From assembly GCF_009914755.1 (NCBI RefSeq), contig NC_060931.1: a stretch of DNA of 64,000 nt. One strand, 5' to 3'. Below, one piece after another: positions 13,106 through 25,270 of this stretch. Made by a program: the position numbers and the translations under genes. Under the pieces are notes generated by a model, which was not told the DNA's origin, did not search any database, and saw only the letters and a program-made list of their open reading frames with translations. The DNA comes from the human T2T-CHM13v2.0 reference genome, Homo sapiens. Position 1 is the stretch's first letter; the number at the start of each line of letters is the position of its first letter.

Positions 13106-14369
13106 AAAAATTATTGGATCACAATAAGTTCACCAACATTGGACCAAACATTTATTTTCTGAACACTGTGACTTTTTTTGTTTTTTTTGTGTAAAGTCTT
13201 TGGTAGTTCCCTGGCCCTTTTAGCACCTTTGCATCTTCTTCATAGAGCACAGGAGCAATTTAGAGTCCTTTATATGTGAGGCAACACAAAGGATCATATT
13301 GTCAAATCCAAGTGACACACAAGTCAGATATATTACCCAGTGTCTAACTTTCCTAAACAATGTCAAAAATACAAGTAAGTATCCAGATGAAGAAGGAAAA
13401 TGTCTGGATACACCAGGTCCCAGGTCCTAGGTGCTTCCTTCACAGATCGGTCATGCTCTATGACCAAGAAAAATACATGAGATCTTTAATGAAGTGCACA
13501 AGGCTGCCTTACACAACAGGGAACATCTCAGTTATTTAATATCCTCATTTATACTTATATATTTGCATAGCACATATGACAGAGTCTGCAGTCATGCTTC
13601 ATGAATCTGTAGATTCTATAATTGTTTACCATAAGCAACCCTAAACCAGGAATATCCTGTTAAAAGAATTCCATAGGTAAAATTCTCTTCCTGATAAATA
13701 TTGGTTTATTTTCCAGGAGGTTTGTTATTAGTACTTTTACCAGAAGATTAGACCAGATTGCCTGCTTTTTTCTTCCCCAGGAATATCCTGGCCTCCCTTC
13801 CTATAGGATTAACAGGGATTACAGGACAGTTGTTTAACTCCATCTTTTCCAAAATGGAACAAGTTCTGAAGAACCAAGACCGCAGTCTTAGGCTCATCTA
13901 TTTATCTGCTTTTCTCTGCCATGTTCATGTACCTACTAATAGGGCATTTTGATATGGCAGAACTGAAAGGGGAATATTTCCTAAGGGCCTGCAGCTTTCT
14001 GACACTTTCCTCCCCTGGTTAAATTTGGAAGCCTCTATGGCACCCAACCTGAGCTGCGGACCAGGTGGGAGCATGAGGGAGGATAAGAACTCTGCCTCTG
14101 ATATCCTTGCTCCTTCTCACTCTCCCTTTTAATTTCCAATAATCTACCAGAACATGAATGACTGGATTTTTCTCTCTTTCTCCTCATCCTTTATAAAAAA
14201 AATTGATGTTCTAGTATGCTCTTAACATCTTAAAAGTAGGGCCAAAGGGACTTAGAATTTTTAAAAATTTCATGACAAAGTACAGTTTTCAAAATTTCTT
14301 CAAAGGAATCAAGAAAGCTAGTCCAGTAATTGAAAGTTAACATGACGTCCCTTTGTTTTAAGCAAAAGC

Positions 14370-14750
14370 ATTTATTTTCCATGTATACCAGAAAGTCTAG
14401 AAATCAATGACTTTTGAAGCTGGTTTAGTAGCTCAGTAATGTCAGGGCCAGAGTTTCTGATCTTTAGCCTTGTCCTCCTTTCTTTCTCCTCATTGTCTAG
14501 TGAATGATGCTTCATCTCCAGACAGCACATAGGTGCTAAAAGCAGAAAGAAGGATACAAAGAGAAGTGACAGTCTCATTTTTCCACTAATTACAAAGAGA
14601 AACCCTCTCAGGACTTGCAAAAGGATGCTCTTTCAATCTCACAGACCTGAAATATATTATATGGTATTCCCTAGCACTAGAGAGGCTAGACAAATGAATA
14701 TTTTTCATGGGATAAGAAATAATGTTGCTCTAAACAAAATTATATTTTGG
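14370..14750 (-). mobile_element. Old MaLR LTR (MLT1J/K-like), diverged
   Basis: aaagtctagaaatc...gctggtttagtagctcagtaatgtcaggg; tctcacagacctgaaat...tggtattccctagcactagagaggctagacaaatgaat. Confidence 0.4.
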
Positions 14751-14979
14751 TTAGTAAAAAAAGAAGGGAGAAATTTAAGATTTGGCTTATAATTAATTTT
14801 GTCAGTCACAGACCTATATACTTGTTTCTAGTGTATCACATGTGCACACATATGCTCACCCACTTACATAGTCTTTTATCATCATTGAGTTAACATCCTT
14901 TTCATTTAGGTAACCTAGACTTATTTAAGTATCATTATACTATTTTTACGGAAGATAGGTATGTGTCATAAATATTTTT

Positions 14980-15362
14980 TGCAGTTTGAATTCTCCAAGA
15001 AGCAGACTTTGAGAAAGAATTTTGCATGCAGTGTTTATTAGAAATCTCTGGGATCAACATCTGTAAAGGAGAAGGGAAAGAAAGTGTTGGGGAGCTACAT
15101 CCCAAACTGAGCCCACAGGAAAAATTTGGAAGAAGAATGGTCCTCCATAGTGGTCTTGAGTTCAAAAGAAATAATTAGTCCTTTGTAGCCCCATGTCCGT
15201 CAGTCATTGAATGTGAGCCATGTAGCCTTGGACCTGGAGGCTGGGTTAACACAATTTCAGAGGGGCTGGCTATGAAAGGGTGGCAGCGGACATGCTCGTA
15301 ACAGTAAGGACAACAAGATGTTCATTGTTTCACTGAAGGAAAATCTGAATGGTGCATCACTA
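14980..15362 (-). mobile_element. LTR16C-like ERVL solo LTR
   Basis: gaagcagactttgag...gcatgcagtgtttattag...gggatcaacatctgtaaaggagaagggaaagaaag...cagtcattgaatgtgagc...aatctgaatggtgcatcac. Confidence 0.65.
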
Positions 15363-15604
15363 GTTAACAAGGTAATTATTTACCACAAATAAAATGGTAC
15401 AATTGTATTATCTTGATATTTATTGCTTGACATATTTTATTATACACGCTACTTTATTCAAGTCAGAGATCCATAGCCTTAAACCTGATACTGAATTCTA
15501 GAGGGAAAATGCAATTACATGCAATAGCAATTACATGGCTAAGAGCTAAGTAGCTAATTAGAGTTGAGGTTTATCCTTTTAAAGAAACTGTGGATAGAAC
15601 TTCT

Positions 15605-15680
15605 GCTTATACAGCACTGTGAAACATCTATTATCATCTATGCTATAGATGAAGAAACCGGTTAGGTTACTTGCCCAAAT
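15605..15680 (-). mobile_element. MIR fragment
   Basis: acagcactgtgaaac...tattatcatc...tatagatgaagaaaccggttaggttacttgcccaa. Confidence 0.5.
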
Positions 15681-17007
15681 AACTTTTTTATTTATGGAAA
15701 ATATTCGTCTTTAGATTTAGCATATTTATTGCAATTTGGGAGACAAATTAGACCTAGAAACACTGTTAAATAAAGTAATATATGTGAAAAAGCTTTGTTA
15801 ACTGCCAAGTTCTATACAGACATCTATTAATTTTATTATTCCAGAGTAGTTGAATGGTGACATTTTAGTGACTATTTAATCTACCTTATTATTTTTATGT
15901 ATGAGGAAAGCCATTCAAAACAGTCTCAGAATCTTCGAATTTTTAAAATTTATGATTATGTAGTCATTGTGTTAATAGCTAACTCTGAGGTTCAACTCTT
16001 TAGATTCTAAGCTGTGCTTTTTCTTTTATCCATATCTCATTCTAAAGAGGTTTCCTCCATATCATTGGGGAGGTGATAATTTCAAACATAAAGAGTGAAA
16101 AAATATTGCTATTTTATCATTTAAAACACAAAGGTGAAAAACAATTTTCATGATGCTTTTAAAGTACCATGAAGTAGGAGAGATGTTATGTACAGACAAT
16201 TTTTTTTAAGTGAAGAGTGAAAACCAGACCTGAAGAACAAAAACATGTCGTATTTTTCTGGCCCACATCAGGAGAGAGTGCTATTATTCCAAAAAAGTCT
16301 CAGTTTTTAAGCAGATAAATTCTAGGAATGGAGAAGAACAATTCATTGGACTATGTTGTCCTGATAACAGTATATACAACACTTTTAGTTTGCTTTTATC
16401 AAGTACTTTAACTTTGAATTGTTTATCAATAATACATTAAACAACAAGATGCCCCATGCAGATTTGAATTTTGGTACTTGGGCCAGGTATAAAATTGTAG
16501 GTGATAAGAGAACAGCACATATAAATCATTCCATTAAGGTGATTTGAATCCATGAGTCATAAGCATTTTGTGGGATAAACTATCTTAAGAAAAGTGAATC
16601 TGAACCTGACTTCCAGATGTCATGTGACTGCATGAAATGGCTAGCAAAACTTATGTTCTATTTCATATGTTTTGTGCTTTCTCATAGAAGTTCTCAAGAA
16701 ACACTAGGCAAATACCTGAATTAAAACAGTATATCCTTTATTCACAAAAATATATACATTAAAACATGTAAATTAGATACATCAGAGAGTTTTTTATGTT
16801 ATAAAAATTCTCAGTGCATTAACATATTTACCAAGTTTTAAAGATGTACATTTGAAACACAAATATTATATAAAGATTCATTTGATTCACCCTATAAATT
16901 ATGGAGAAAGTTTTCCTTTTTTAACAAAACTTAGAAAAAAGATTATAACTTGTGATAGTTTGTTTTATTATTCAAAGTACACTGCACTGGTAACCAAGAG
17001 AAGTAGA

Positions 17008-17301
17008 TTTTTTTTTTCTTTTTTTTTTTTTTTTGAGATAAAGTCTTACTCTCACCCAGGCTGGAGTGCAGTAGTGTGATCATGGTTCACTGCACTGCAG
17101 CCTCAAACTCCAGGGCTCAATTGATCCTCCCACCTCAGCTTCCCAAGTAGCTGGGGACTATAGCCGTGCACCACTATGCCCGGCAATTTTTTATTTTTTG
17201 TAGAGATGGGATCTCACTGTGTTGCTCTGGCTGGTCTCAAACTCCTGGACACAAACAATCCTCCCACCCCAGATTATATGCATGAGCCAACACACCCAGC
17301 T
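17008..17301 (-). mobile_element. AluJ (AluJo-like)
   Basis: Poly-T followed by gagataaagtcttactct...ctcaaactccagggctcaattgatcctcccacctcagc, with J-type diagnostics. Confidence 0.9.
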
Positions 17302-17421
17302 GACAAGTAGGGATTTTAATATGCACACTCTCCCTGAATATAAACACTAACAACGTATATTTATTAATGAATTTGGGTAGTTAAAATCTTCCTAAACGCA
17401 CACATTTAAGAATCACTCTGA

Positions 17422-17560
17422 GGCAGGGCATAGTGGCACATATATGTAGTCTCAGCTACTCAGAAGGCTGAGGCAAGAGGATCGCTTGAGACCAGGAGTT
17501 CAAAGCCAGCCAGGGCAACATAGCAAGAACTCATCTCTAATAAACAAACACACAAACAAA
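17422..17560 (+). mobile_element. FLAM (free left Alu monomer, FLAM_A-like)
   Basis: Single monomer ggcagggcatagtggc...gtagtctcagctactc...ggatcgcttgagaccaggagttc...gggcaacatagcaag with A-rich tail. Confidence 0.8.
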
Positions 17561-17932
17561 GCCCCTGAAAATAATCATTTTACTATTGAAATCTGTGAAA
17601 AATGTGAAAATTCATACATTAGGCAAGTATGTCTGATTTAAATTCTGAAGATATGACTGAGCCTACACACTCAAAATCTCAATCTTGTGCCTTCAAATAA
17701 GTGTTTATATTTTTTCTATATTAATACATAAATATAGAATATGGTCATAAAATGGTATCAGTAATTGTATTTTTAAATAAGAATAACTCTAATTTATCAC
17801 AATTATGACTAAGAAATAAGATTAGAATAAATTATATTCACTTTTGTGGTGAATATAATACAGAGTGGCCTTGCTAGGCTGTGACTCATTGACAATGACA
17901 GAACGTTGATACATGGAAAGAATAGCTTTGCA

Positions 17933-18233
17933 TTTTTTTGTATGTGTGACAGGGTCTTGCTTTTTCACCCAAGCTGGAGTACAGTGGCATGATTTGGCTC
18001 ACTGCCACCTCCACCTCCTGGGCTCGCTTGATCATCCCACCTCAGCCTCCAGAGTAGATGAGACTACAGGCGTGTGCCACGAAACCCAGATTATTTTTTT
18101 TTAATTTTATTTTTGGTAGAGACAGGGTTTTACCATGTTGCCCAGGCTGGTCTTAAACTCCTGAGCTCAAGCTATGCCCCACCTGGGCCTCCCAAAGCAT
18201 TGAGATTACAGGCATGAGCCACCATCCCTGGCC
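17933..18233 (-). mobile_element. AluJ (AluJb-like)
   Basis: gacagggtcttgc...ctcctgggctcgcttgatcatcccacctcagcc...catccctggcc. Degenerate TSD aatagcttt / aagagcttt. Confidence 0.9.
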
Positions 18234-20579
18234 AAGAGCTTTTCTTTATGAAGTAGTTATGGCGGTTTTTATTTTTTTTGGTGGATGCTATTACTGTGTC
18301 ACTTACTCCTATGTGGAATCTTAAATAATGTACTAAGTTTTTTTTTTTAACTATTTTTTAGAAGACTGTGCTAACCTGTATATTTTGCTTGCTGAATTCT
18401 TTTAGATGTTCTGCATACATAGAAAAGCAAAGTCGTATTTCATTACCTAGAGCATTATAAAAGCTTTATTATTTTTAATGACACCTTTATTAATTCATTT
18501 TTATATTATGATTGCAAACGAAAGGTAAGGTAGTCATTCTGCTTTAGGAAACAGCATCATTGAACTACTAGAAGAAAGTCAAAGTTCTACAATATTTAAA
18601 AATTACAGATAAAAACTGAGAAAGATAAACATTTGAGTGTTTACAGGTTGATAGAGGCCCTCTTCTGAAGTAAATGTAGACACCTTGACGAGCAGCAGTG
18701 AAAATTGCTGAACAGCTCCCATAAGTTACAACTAAAAATTAATGACAAAGAAAATGACTTTTTACTTCTTTTTAAAGTGCATAAAAATAAATTCTAGATT
18801 TAGAGAAGAAGCTAAAATTTGCTTATTTTTAAATTTAAGACAGAAAAGCAATAAATAATGCTTAATATAGTAAACTATGGTTGACGCTGAATTGCAAATA
18901 TTTTTTAAGAAGAAATAAATAGTGACACAAATAAATAGGAAGTGTAGATTACATGATTGGGAAGTCTTGTTTCCAAAATCCCATCTCCAAGAAAGAGTGA
19001 ATTGCTTGTGCTTAAGTCCTTAGCATCTCAATGTAGAAGCATCCTTTGCATTTCTTTAAAGTATTGTTTAGAAATGATTAGCCTGCAATGGCATTGATTG
19101 ATTTTACTTTGAATGTATATTGAGCTCACCTGGTGAATTAAGTGAAAGAGGGAGAAAGTGAGAGAGACAGAGAGAAAAAAAATTTAGCATAGAGCTAGTA
19201 ATTTAGGGAGGCCTGACCTCACACTTATAAGCAATTTTATCATAAAAAATTATTTTAAAAATTATTTCTAAGGGTACACACTAAGTGATATGTTAGGGAG
19301 GTCTCAGTGTGTACCCACAAGGAAAATGTTAAAAACAAAACCAAAAAACAAACTATTCTAAAGTTATGTGAATGAGCAATTGGGCTTGTATAAAATTTCA
19401 AATGATATTCAAAACTTGCTGTATCTGAACAATTTAGTCAGTCAGAAATAAAGACAATAGGTTCTGAAAAATTGTTATATGAGTCCAAAAGTGCCTCTAG
19501 TACCAATAAAGGTACAATGTCAAATTTATGTGTGAAGACATTGAATAAAATAGTGTCATAAAATGTGAGAATAAAAATAATGTTTTGAAAAATGCTTTAT
19601 ATATGATATTTTTAGTATATTTATAGAAATAAATTTAAAAATGAAAGAACAGAATTTTATCTAGATCCATAAGAATACATATCACAATATCTGGGGGTTA
19701 TTCTAATTAGGAAAATATGAACCTAAATTTGGCATCACCTAATAAATAACATAAATATTATTTAAAATTAAGTGAACATAATTAAGAAGAAAGTCATTTA
19801 AAATTTCTTATCAACTCTAAATTTCAGCTACATTTTTTCTCAATGTAAAACAGCACTGCAAAATATAGCCATATTTCTATGTGAAAAAAATTACATAGAA
19901 ATGGTAAATTACCTTTTAATGATTAAAAAATTTAGGCAAATTACTCCATTCTTCAGTGCAAGAATTAAATTATATGATAAAATATACCTTAAAGGATTTT
20001 ATTAAAAACTAGTATTTTAAAAAATAGATGAGGAAAAGTAAATTTTTATGATCATAATAGAACTTACATCTTTAAATTAAGACATATCTTTTGACATAAG
20101 TCCTTTGTTGATTCTCTTAAGTTATAACATCTTGGTGGACTTCTACAAAAGATGCTTGCAATTTAAGGATTTTTCTGAGATGCTAATTATTAAATGAGAT
20201 ATCACATAACTCCACTATTATTGATCTTAAAAAAATCAGAGAATTCAGAACACACAGCACAAACTGCTGAATCATGTATTATCTCTTTTAAACCGGTTCC
20301 TAGAAAATAGCCTGTCAGCATGGAGCATTTCTGGGAATGTGATCAGAGAGCACCTACCCGGCAGAAATTCTGAACATTTTTGACAGATAAATTTGAGCCT
20401 GAAGAGCTATTTTTATATTTCCCTCTCTTTAGTCAGAGTTTGGATTAATAAGCCTAAGGATATTTTATTGTATATAAGGTATCCTGATGGTCAACAAGAA
20501 GATACTAGCTTTCATTATCCCATCACATAATGTATGAGGAGAGTCAGAAAACATTGCTTTGTTTCTGCCTTCTTCAGGA

Positions 20580-20700
20580 CAGGGCCTTCTTAAAAATGTG
20601 GATTCTTGTGCTCCATCCCAGACCAGATACTAGGAGCAAATATGTACTTTTTTAAAGCTCTTGGGTTTATTCTTACGTATTGTGAGGTATGAGTTCCATC
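20580..20700. mobile_element. MER5-like hAT-Charlie fragment
   Basis: aaaaatgtggattcttgtgctccatcccagacc...ttttaaagctcttgggtttattctta. Confidence 0.4.
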
Positions 20701-21655
20701 TATTCAAAGAATAACAGAGTGACCTAATTTATATTAGTCTTTAATAGATATAATTATGCATATACCTGTAGAGGAGAGTATGAAATATGTCATTGTAGAG
20801 GAAGAAATCTATATAGATATGCTGTTTGTCCATTTATATTGAAGTGACTTTTTTAAAAATGAAAGATGTGTTTGAGAATCCTGTGAGATAATAGTGGCTG
20901 CTTACATCCCTTCCTAACAGTCCAAAAAGTCTCATGTATACATTGTAGATTAATACAGCAAATAAAATCCCTGATGGCTCACACCTCTAGATAAACAGAA
21001 GTCTACACACCCAAATCTGCATGTTATTGAGAAAATAAATGCCAGAGATTGTCAGGAGACCAGCAGAGATGGCTCCAGAGTCCAGAACGAGTGGGGTGGG
21101 AGGTGATTGGGCAAAATAAAGGAAAGGGTCACAGGCTCTAGCAGCAATGGAGCACAGATAACATCAGTTAGGTTTTGTTCCCAGAAAGCAAAGGACTATC
21201 AGTAGAAACTACTGAAATAACTTCTATGTCAAGGTAAATGATAATCCTGGATACTGAGTACCTGAAGGGAAGGGTCCTGGAGAGTGTGCAGGATCTAATG
21301 TGGCAGTTTCAGGAAGGCACTGGTGCTGAGAAAGAAAGTGGCATCTTGGAAGGCACCAGACATTTTTGGAAATTTATTGGTGAAAGGACAAAACGAGGTT
21401 AAAAAAAGTTCTCAAAAAATTAGAAGAGGTCAGACATAACAAAAGGCACAATTTATTATTAATATAAGGAAACTATCCTTTACTCTAATAATTGAAGAAA
21501 GGAGCAAATGGACTGAAAAACTAAAGGAGTTGCATAGTTTCTCCCAACCACTTGCCCATAGGATCACCAGATATTGCTGATTCAGAAAAATATAACCCAA
21601 TTAAAATAAAATAAACAAGAACAATTTCAATGTCATTCATATAAAGTTACTATAA

Positions 21656-21925
21656 ACATTTTGGGAGGATGGGGTGGGAGGATTGCTTGAGGCCAGGAGT
21701 ATGAGACCAGCCTGGGCAACGGAGCAAGGCCCTATCTCTACAAAATATTTTAAAAATTAACCAGGTATGGTGACGTGTACCTGTAGTCCCAGATATTCTG
21801 GAGGCTGAGGCAGGAGGATCCCTAGAGGCTAGGAGTTCAAGGCCATAGTGAGCTATGATCATATCACTACACTCCAGTCTGGGCAACTGAGCGAGACCTT
21901 GTCTCTAAACATAAATAAATAAATC
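21656..21925 (+). mobile_element. 5'-truncated AluJ
   Basis: Begins at acattttgggagg. TSD aagttactataa (21644-21655) / aagctactataa (21926-21937). Confidence 0.88.
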
Positions 21926-21938
21926 AAGCTACTATAAG

Positions 21939-21968
21939 ATATATATATATGTGTGTGTGTGTGTGTGT
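21939..21968. repeat. Compound (TA)n(TG)n microsatellite
   Basis: Seen directly. Confidence 0.9.
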
Positions 21969-22069
21969 AATATATAACATTTATATTACATTTAAATTAT
22001 ATAATTACATAAATTATGTTATTTAATATTTATATTATTTATAAATGTTAAGAAAAACAAAGTTAGAGA

Positions 22070-23250
22070 AATTATGGCACCTGAGATCAAGGCTTATACA
22101 CGTAACAGTACACCTGAGGAGAAACAGATCAATAGAACAGAATAGGGGGTTCAGAAAAAGATGTACATGTATGCTGTCCCCTGATTTACAACAACATTGC
22201 TATTGCAAATAAGTGGAGAAAATGGGATATATAAGCAATAAAAGGAACTAGCACAATTGGGCATCTGAATGAAAAACAAAATACAGAGTCCTACCTTAGA
22301 GCATACCAAAAGGGAAAAAAAAGAATCATATAACTTAAAGTGAAGGGTAAAAGTATTCATAATTTAAAAAGAAAAAAAATTGAGAATATCTGCCTGACAA
22401 AGATGTCTTCAGCAGGATACAGAAAATATTAACCATAAAAGAGCAGATCACCAGGCACAGTGGCTCATGCCTATAATCCCAACACTTTGGGAGGCTCAGG
22501 TGGGAGGATCATCTGAGCCTAGGAGTTCAAGACCAGCCTTGACAACATAGTGAGATCCTGTCTCTACGAAAAAAAAAACAACAACAAAAAAACAACAGAA
22601 AATAGCCAGTCATGGTGGCATGCTTCTGTAGTGCCTGCTTCTTGGGTGGCTGAGGAGAGAAAATTGCTTGAGCCCAGGTGGTCAAAGCTTCAGTGAGCCG
22701 TGATTATGCCACTATACTCCAACCTAGGTAAAGGAGTGACACTCTTTCTAAAAAAAAAAAAAAAAAAAAAGAAAAAAAGAAAAGAGAAAGAAAAAAAAAA
22801 AGAAAAAACCACTAAAACTGGATTTCATAAACATTAAGAACTTTTCTTAACCAGAAACATCAAGAGAGTCAAAATATTCCAAATATTTATATCTGACAAG
22901 GGCTTAATATAAAGAATATTTTAAAAAATAGAAATGAAAAAGAAAGCATAACAATAAAAAATGAAAAGAGGCAAAAGATGTGGACAGTCACTTCAGAAAA
23001 GTTAATATTGAAATGGTCAAAAGGCACATCAAGTTCTCATTAGGAAAATGTAAATTAAAGCCACAATATTATACCACCAATCATCAAATAGAATGGCTGA
23101 AATAGAAATAAGATAAAAATATTTACGTGAATGTTCATAGAAGCACTATTATTATAAAAAATATTTTTTAAAATTAACTCTTCTTCAGGAGGAGACTGGA
23201 AAAACTATAATTTATTAATCCAATAGATTATTATAAGGTAGTTCAAGTGA
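22070..23250 (+). mobile_element. Ancient L1ME-like ORF2/3' fragment, interrupted by an AluJ
   Basis: acagatcaatagaacagaatag; atatctgacaagggcttaatat; ggcaaaagatgtggacagtcacttcagaaaa; gaatgttcatagaagcact are decayed L1 ORF2 3' motifs. Confidence 0.6.
22451..22808 (+). mobile_element. AluJ with long A-rich tail
   Basis: ccaggcacagtggctcatgcc...tgagcctaggagttcaagaccagcc...gagcccaggtggtcaaagcttcagtgagcc, followed by a ~60-nt A/G tail. Confidence 0.9.
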
Positions 23251-23259
23251 TCAAACTAG

Positions 23260-23556
23260 GGCCAGGCGTGATGCCTCACGCCTGTAATGCCAGCACTTTG
23301 GGAGGTCGAGGTGGGCAGATCATGAGGTCAGGAGTTCGAGACCAGCCTGGCCAGCATGGTGAAACCCCGTCTCCACTAAAAATACAAAAATTAGCTGGGC
23401 ATGGTAGCGCGCACCTGTAATCCCAGCTACTCAGGAGGCTGAGTCAGGAGAATCGCTTGAACCTGGGAGGTGGAGGTTGTAGTGAGCCAAGATTGTGCCC
23501 TTGCACTCCAGCCTTGGGGTCAGAGCAAGACTCCATCTCAAAAAAAAAAAAAAAGA
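23260..23556 (+). mobile_element. AluS (AluSg-like), full length
   Basis: gatcatgaggtcaggagttcgagaccagcc. 15-bp TSD aagtga[t/c]caaactag at 23245-23259 and 23557-23571. Confidence 0.93.
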
Positions 23557-24570
23557 AAGTGACCAAACTAGATCTGATGTATCAACATGTACACATCACC
23601 TTTAATGGTGATGGGGGATCACCAATTGCAAAATTATATATACCACCTGAAATCATATATCTATTCTCTATTTCATGGTTATACTGATATAATAGAGTCC
23701 ACAAATGCATACTGAAATTAAAAAAAAAAAACTTCAGGGAATGGAGAGGAAAAAAATGTATGAGTATACGGACTTAGGCTACATCTGTATTATTCTTAAA
23801 AAATGAAAGAAAAGTTGAAAGCAAACATTTTTAAAAATGTTAATATCGGCTTAATTTTAGAGGTCAGCACATCAATACATAGTTTACATTGTTTTAGGTA
23901 CTCATCTCTATGTTTAAATTTTTCACAATATTTAAATGTAAAACCAAGAAATAAGAAGACAATCATAAAAGAAACTGTCTTTTCAGAAATATTTACAATC
24001 TACCTTTTAGACAACCATGAGAAATAAGGTTTTGCTGAAACTGTTGAAGTAAATAATAGTGAAAAATATAGTTGATTATGGTGAAGAGCCACACAGTCAG
24101 TAAGTACCTGAGATAAATAGATGTTGCAAGGACCTGATGTTTTAGTGAGAATAAAACACTAGTTGGAAGTGAACTATATGTGCTGGGTAAGACAGTGAGC
24201 TATCACGAAGAGACAAACTCAAAATATTACATCAACATTCCTCATACAACAGGATGGTTGAAAATGCCAGGTTCTCAAAGCTATTTGAGAAATGTTCACA
24301 GTAAGCCAAAATCTAGTGTTATTTTGAGATTTTACTATTATAAAGTTTTTAAAAACCAAAAGGCATTTTAAGAGAAAATTAAATTCCTAATCCCAATACT
24401 CCTCCATTACATCTGCAAGGGGCACTATTCCCATTGTATTATATAGAAATAGTCTATGTGCTATGTACATGTGGCAGTTTTGGAATTCTGCTAATAGCTT
24501 ATTTCATCAGGTAGTCACATTTCTTGAGATATTCTCCACTCTGGAATTAATCTTTGAAAACAGCTGACAT

Positions 24571-24737
24571 CTTTGGTTCTCAACTTGACTGTATTTTTGG
24601 ACTTGGGAGTTTGAAAACACCCAGTGCCCAAGACACATGCCTGAAAAGTTAATCAGTCTACGGTTGTGGATCCCAGGTATCAGTATCTTTTAAAGCTCAC
24701 TAGATTTGTGCAATATACAGACAAGTGTAAGAGCTTG
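24571..24737. mobile_element. MER5A-like hAT-Charlie element
   Basis: tggttctcaacttgactgta...cccagtgcccaagac...cccaggtatcagtatcttttaaagctc...aagtgtaagagc. Confidence 0.55.
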
Positions 24738-25270
24738 ACCTAAGAATTGACTCTGTTCTTTTTAAAAAACTTTTAAGTTCAGGGATACAAATGTAGGTTT
24801 GTTACATGGGTAAACTTGCATCATGGGGATTTGTTGTACAGTTTATTTCGTCACCTAGATATTAAGCCTAGTACCAATTAGTTATTTTTCCTGATCCTCT
24901 CCCTCCTCCCACCCTCTACCCTTTTAAAGGCTCCAGTGTGTGTTGTTCCCCTCTATATGTCCATGTGTTCTCATCATTTAGCTCCCACTTGTAAAGCGAG
25001 AAAGTGCTCTATTTGATTTTTCTGTTTCTGTGTTAGTTTGCTAAGGACAATGGCCTCCAGCTCCATCCATGTCGCTGCAAAGGACATGATCTCATTCATT
25101 TTTATGTCTGCATAGTATTCCATGGTGTGTATGTACCACATTGTCTTTATCCAGTCTATCATTGAGGCGCTTTTAGGTTGATTCCACATCTTTGCTATTG
25201 TGAATAGTGCTGCAATGAACATGCACATGTGTGTGTCTTTATGCAGAATGATTTATATTCCTTTGGGTAA

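Noticed and set aside
20860-21600. Purine-rich segment as a promoter or exon
   Set aside because: No diagnostic motif; more likely a decayed L1M/HAL1 5' region that I cannot assign.
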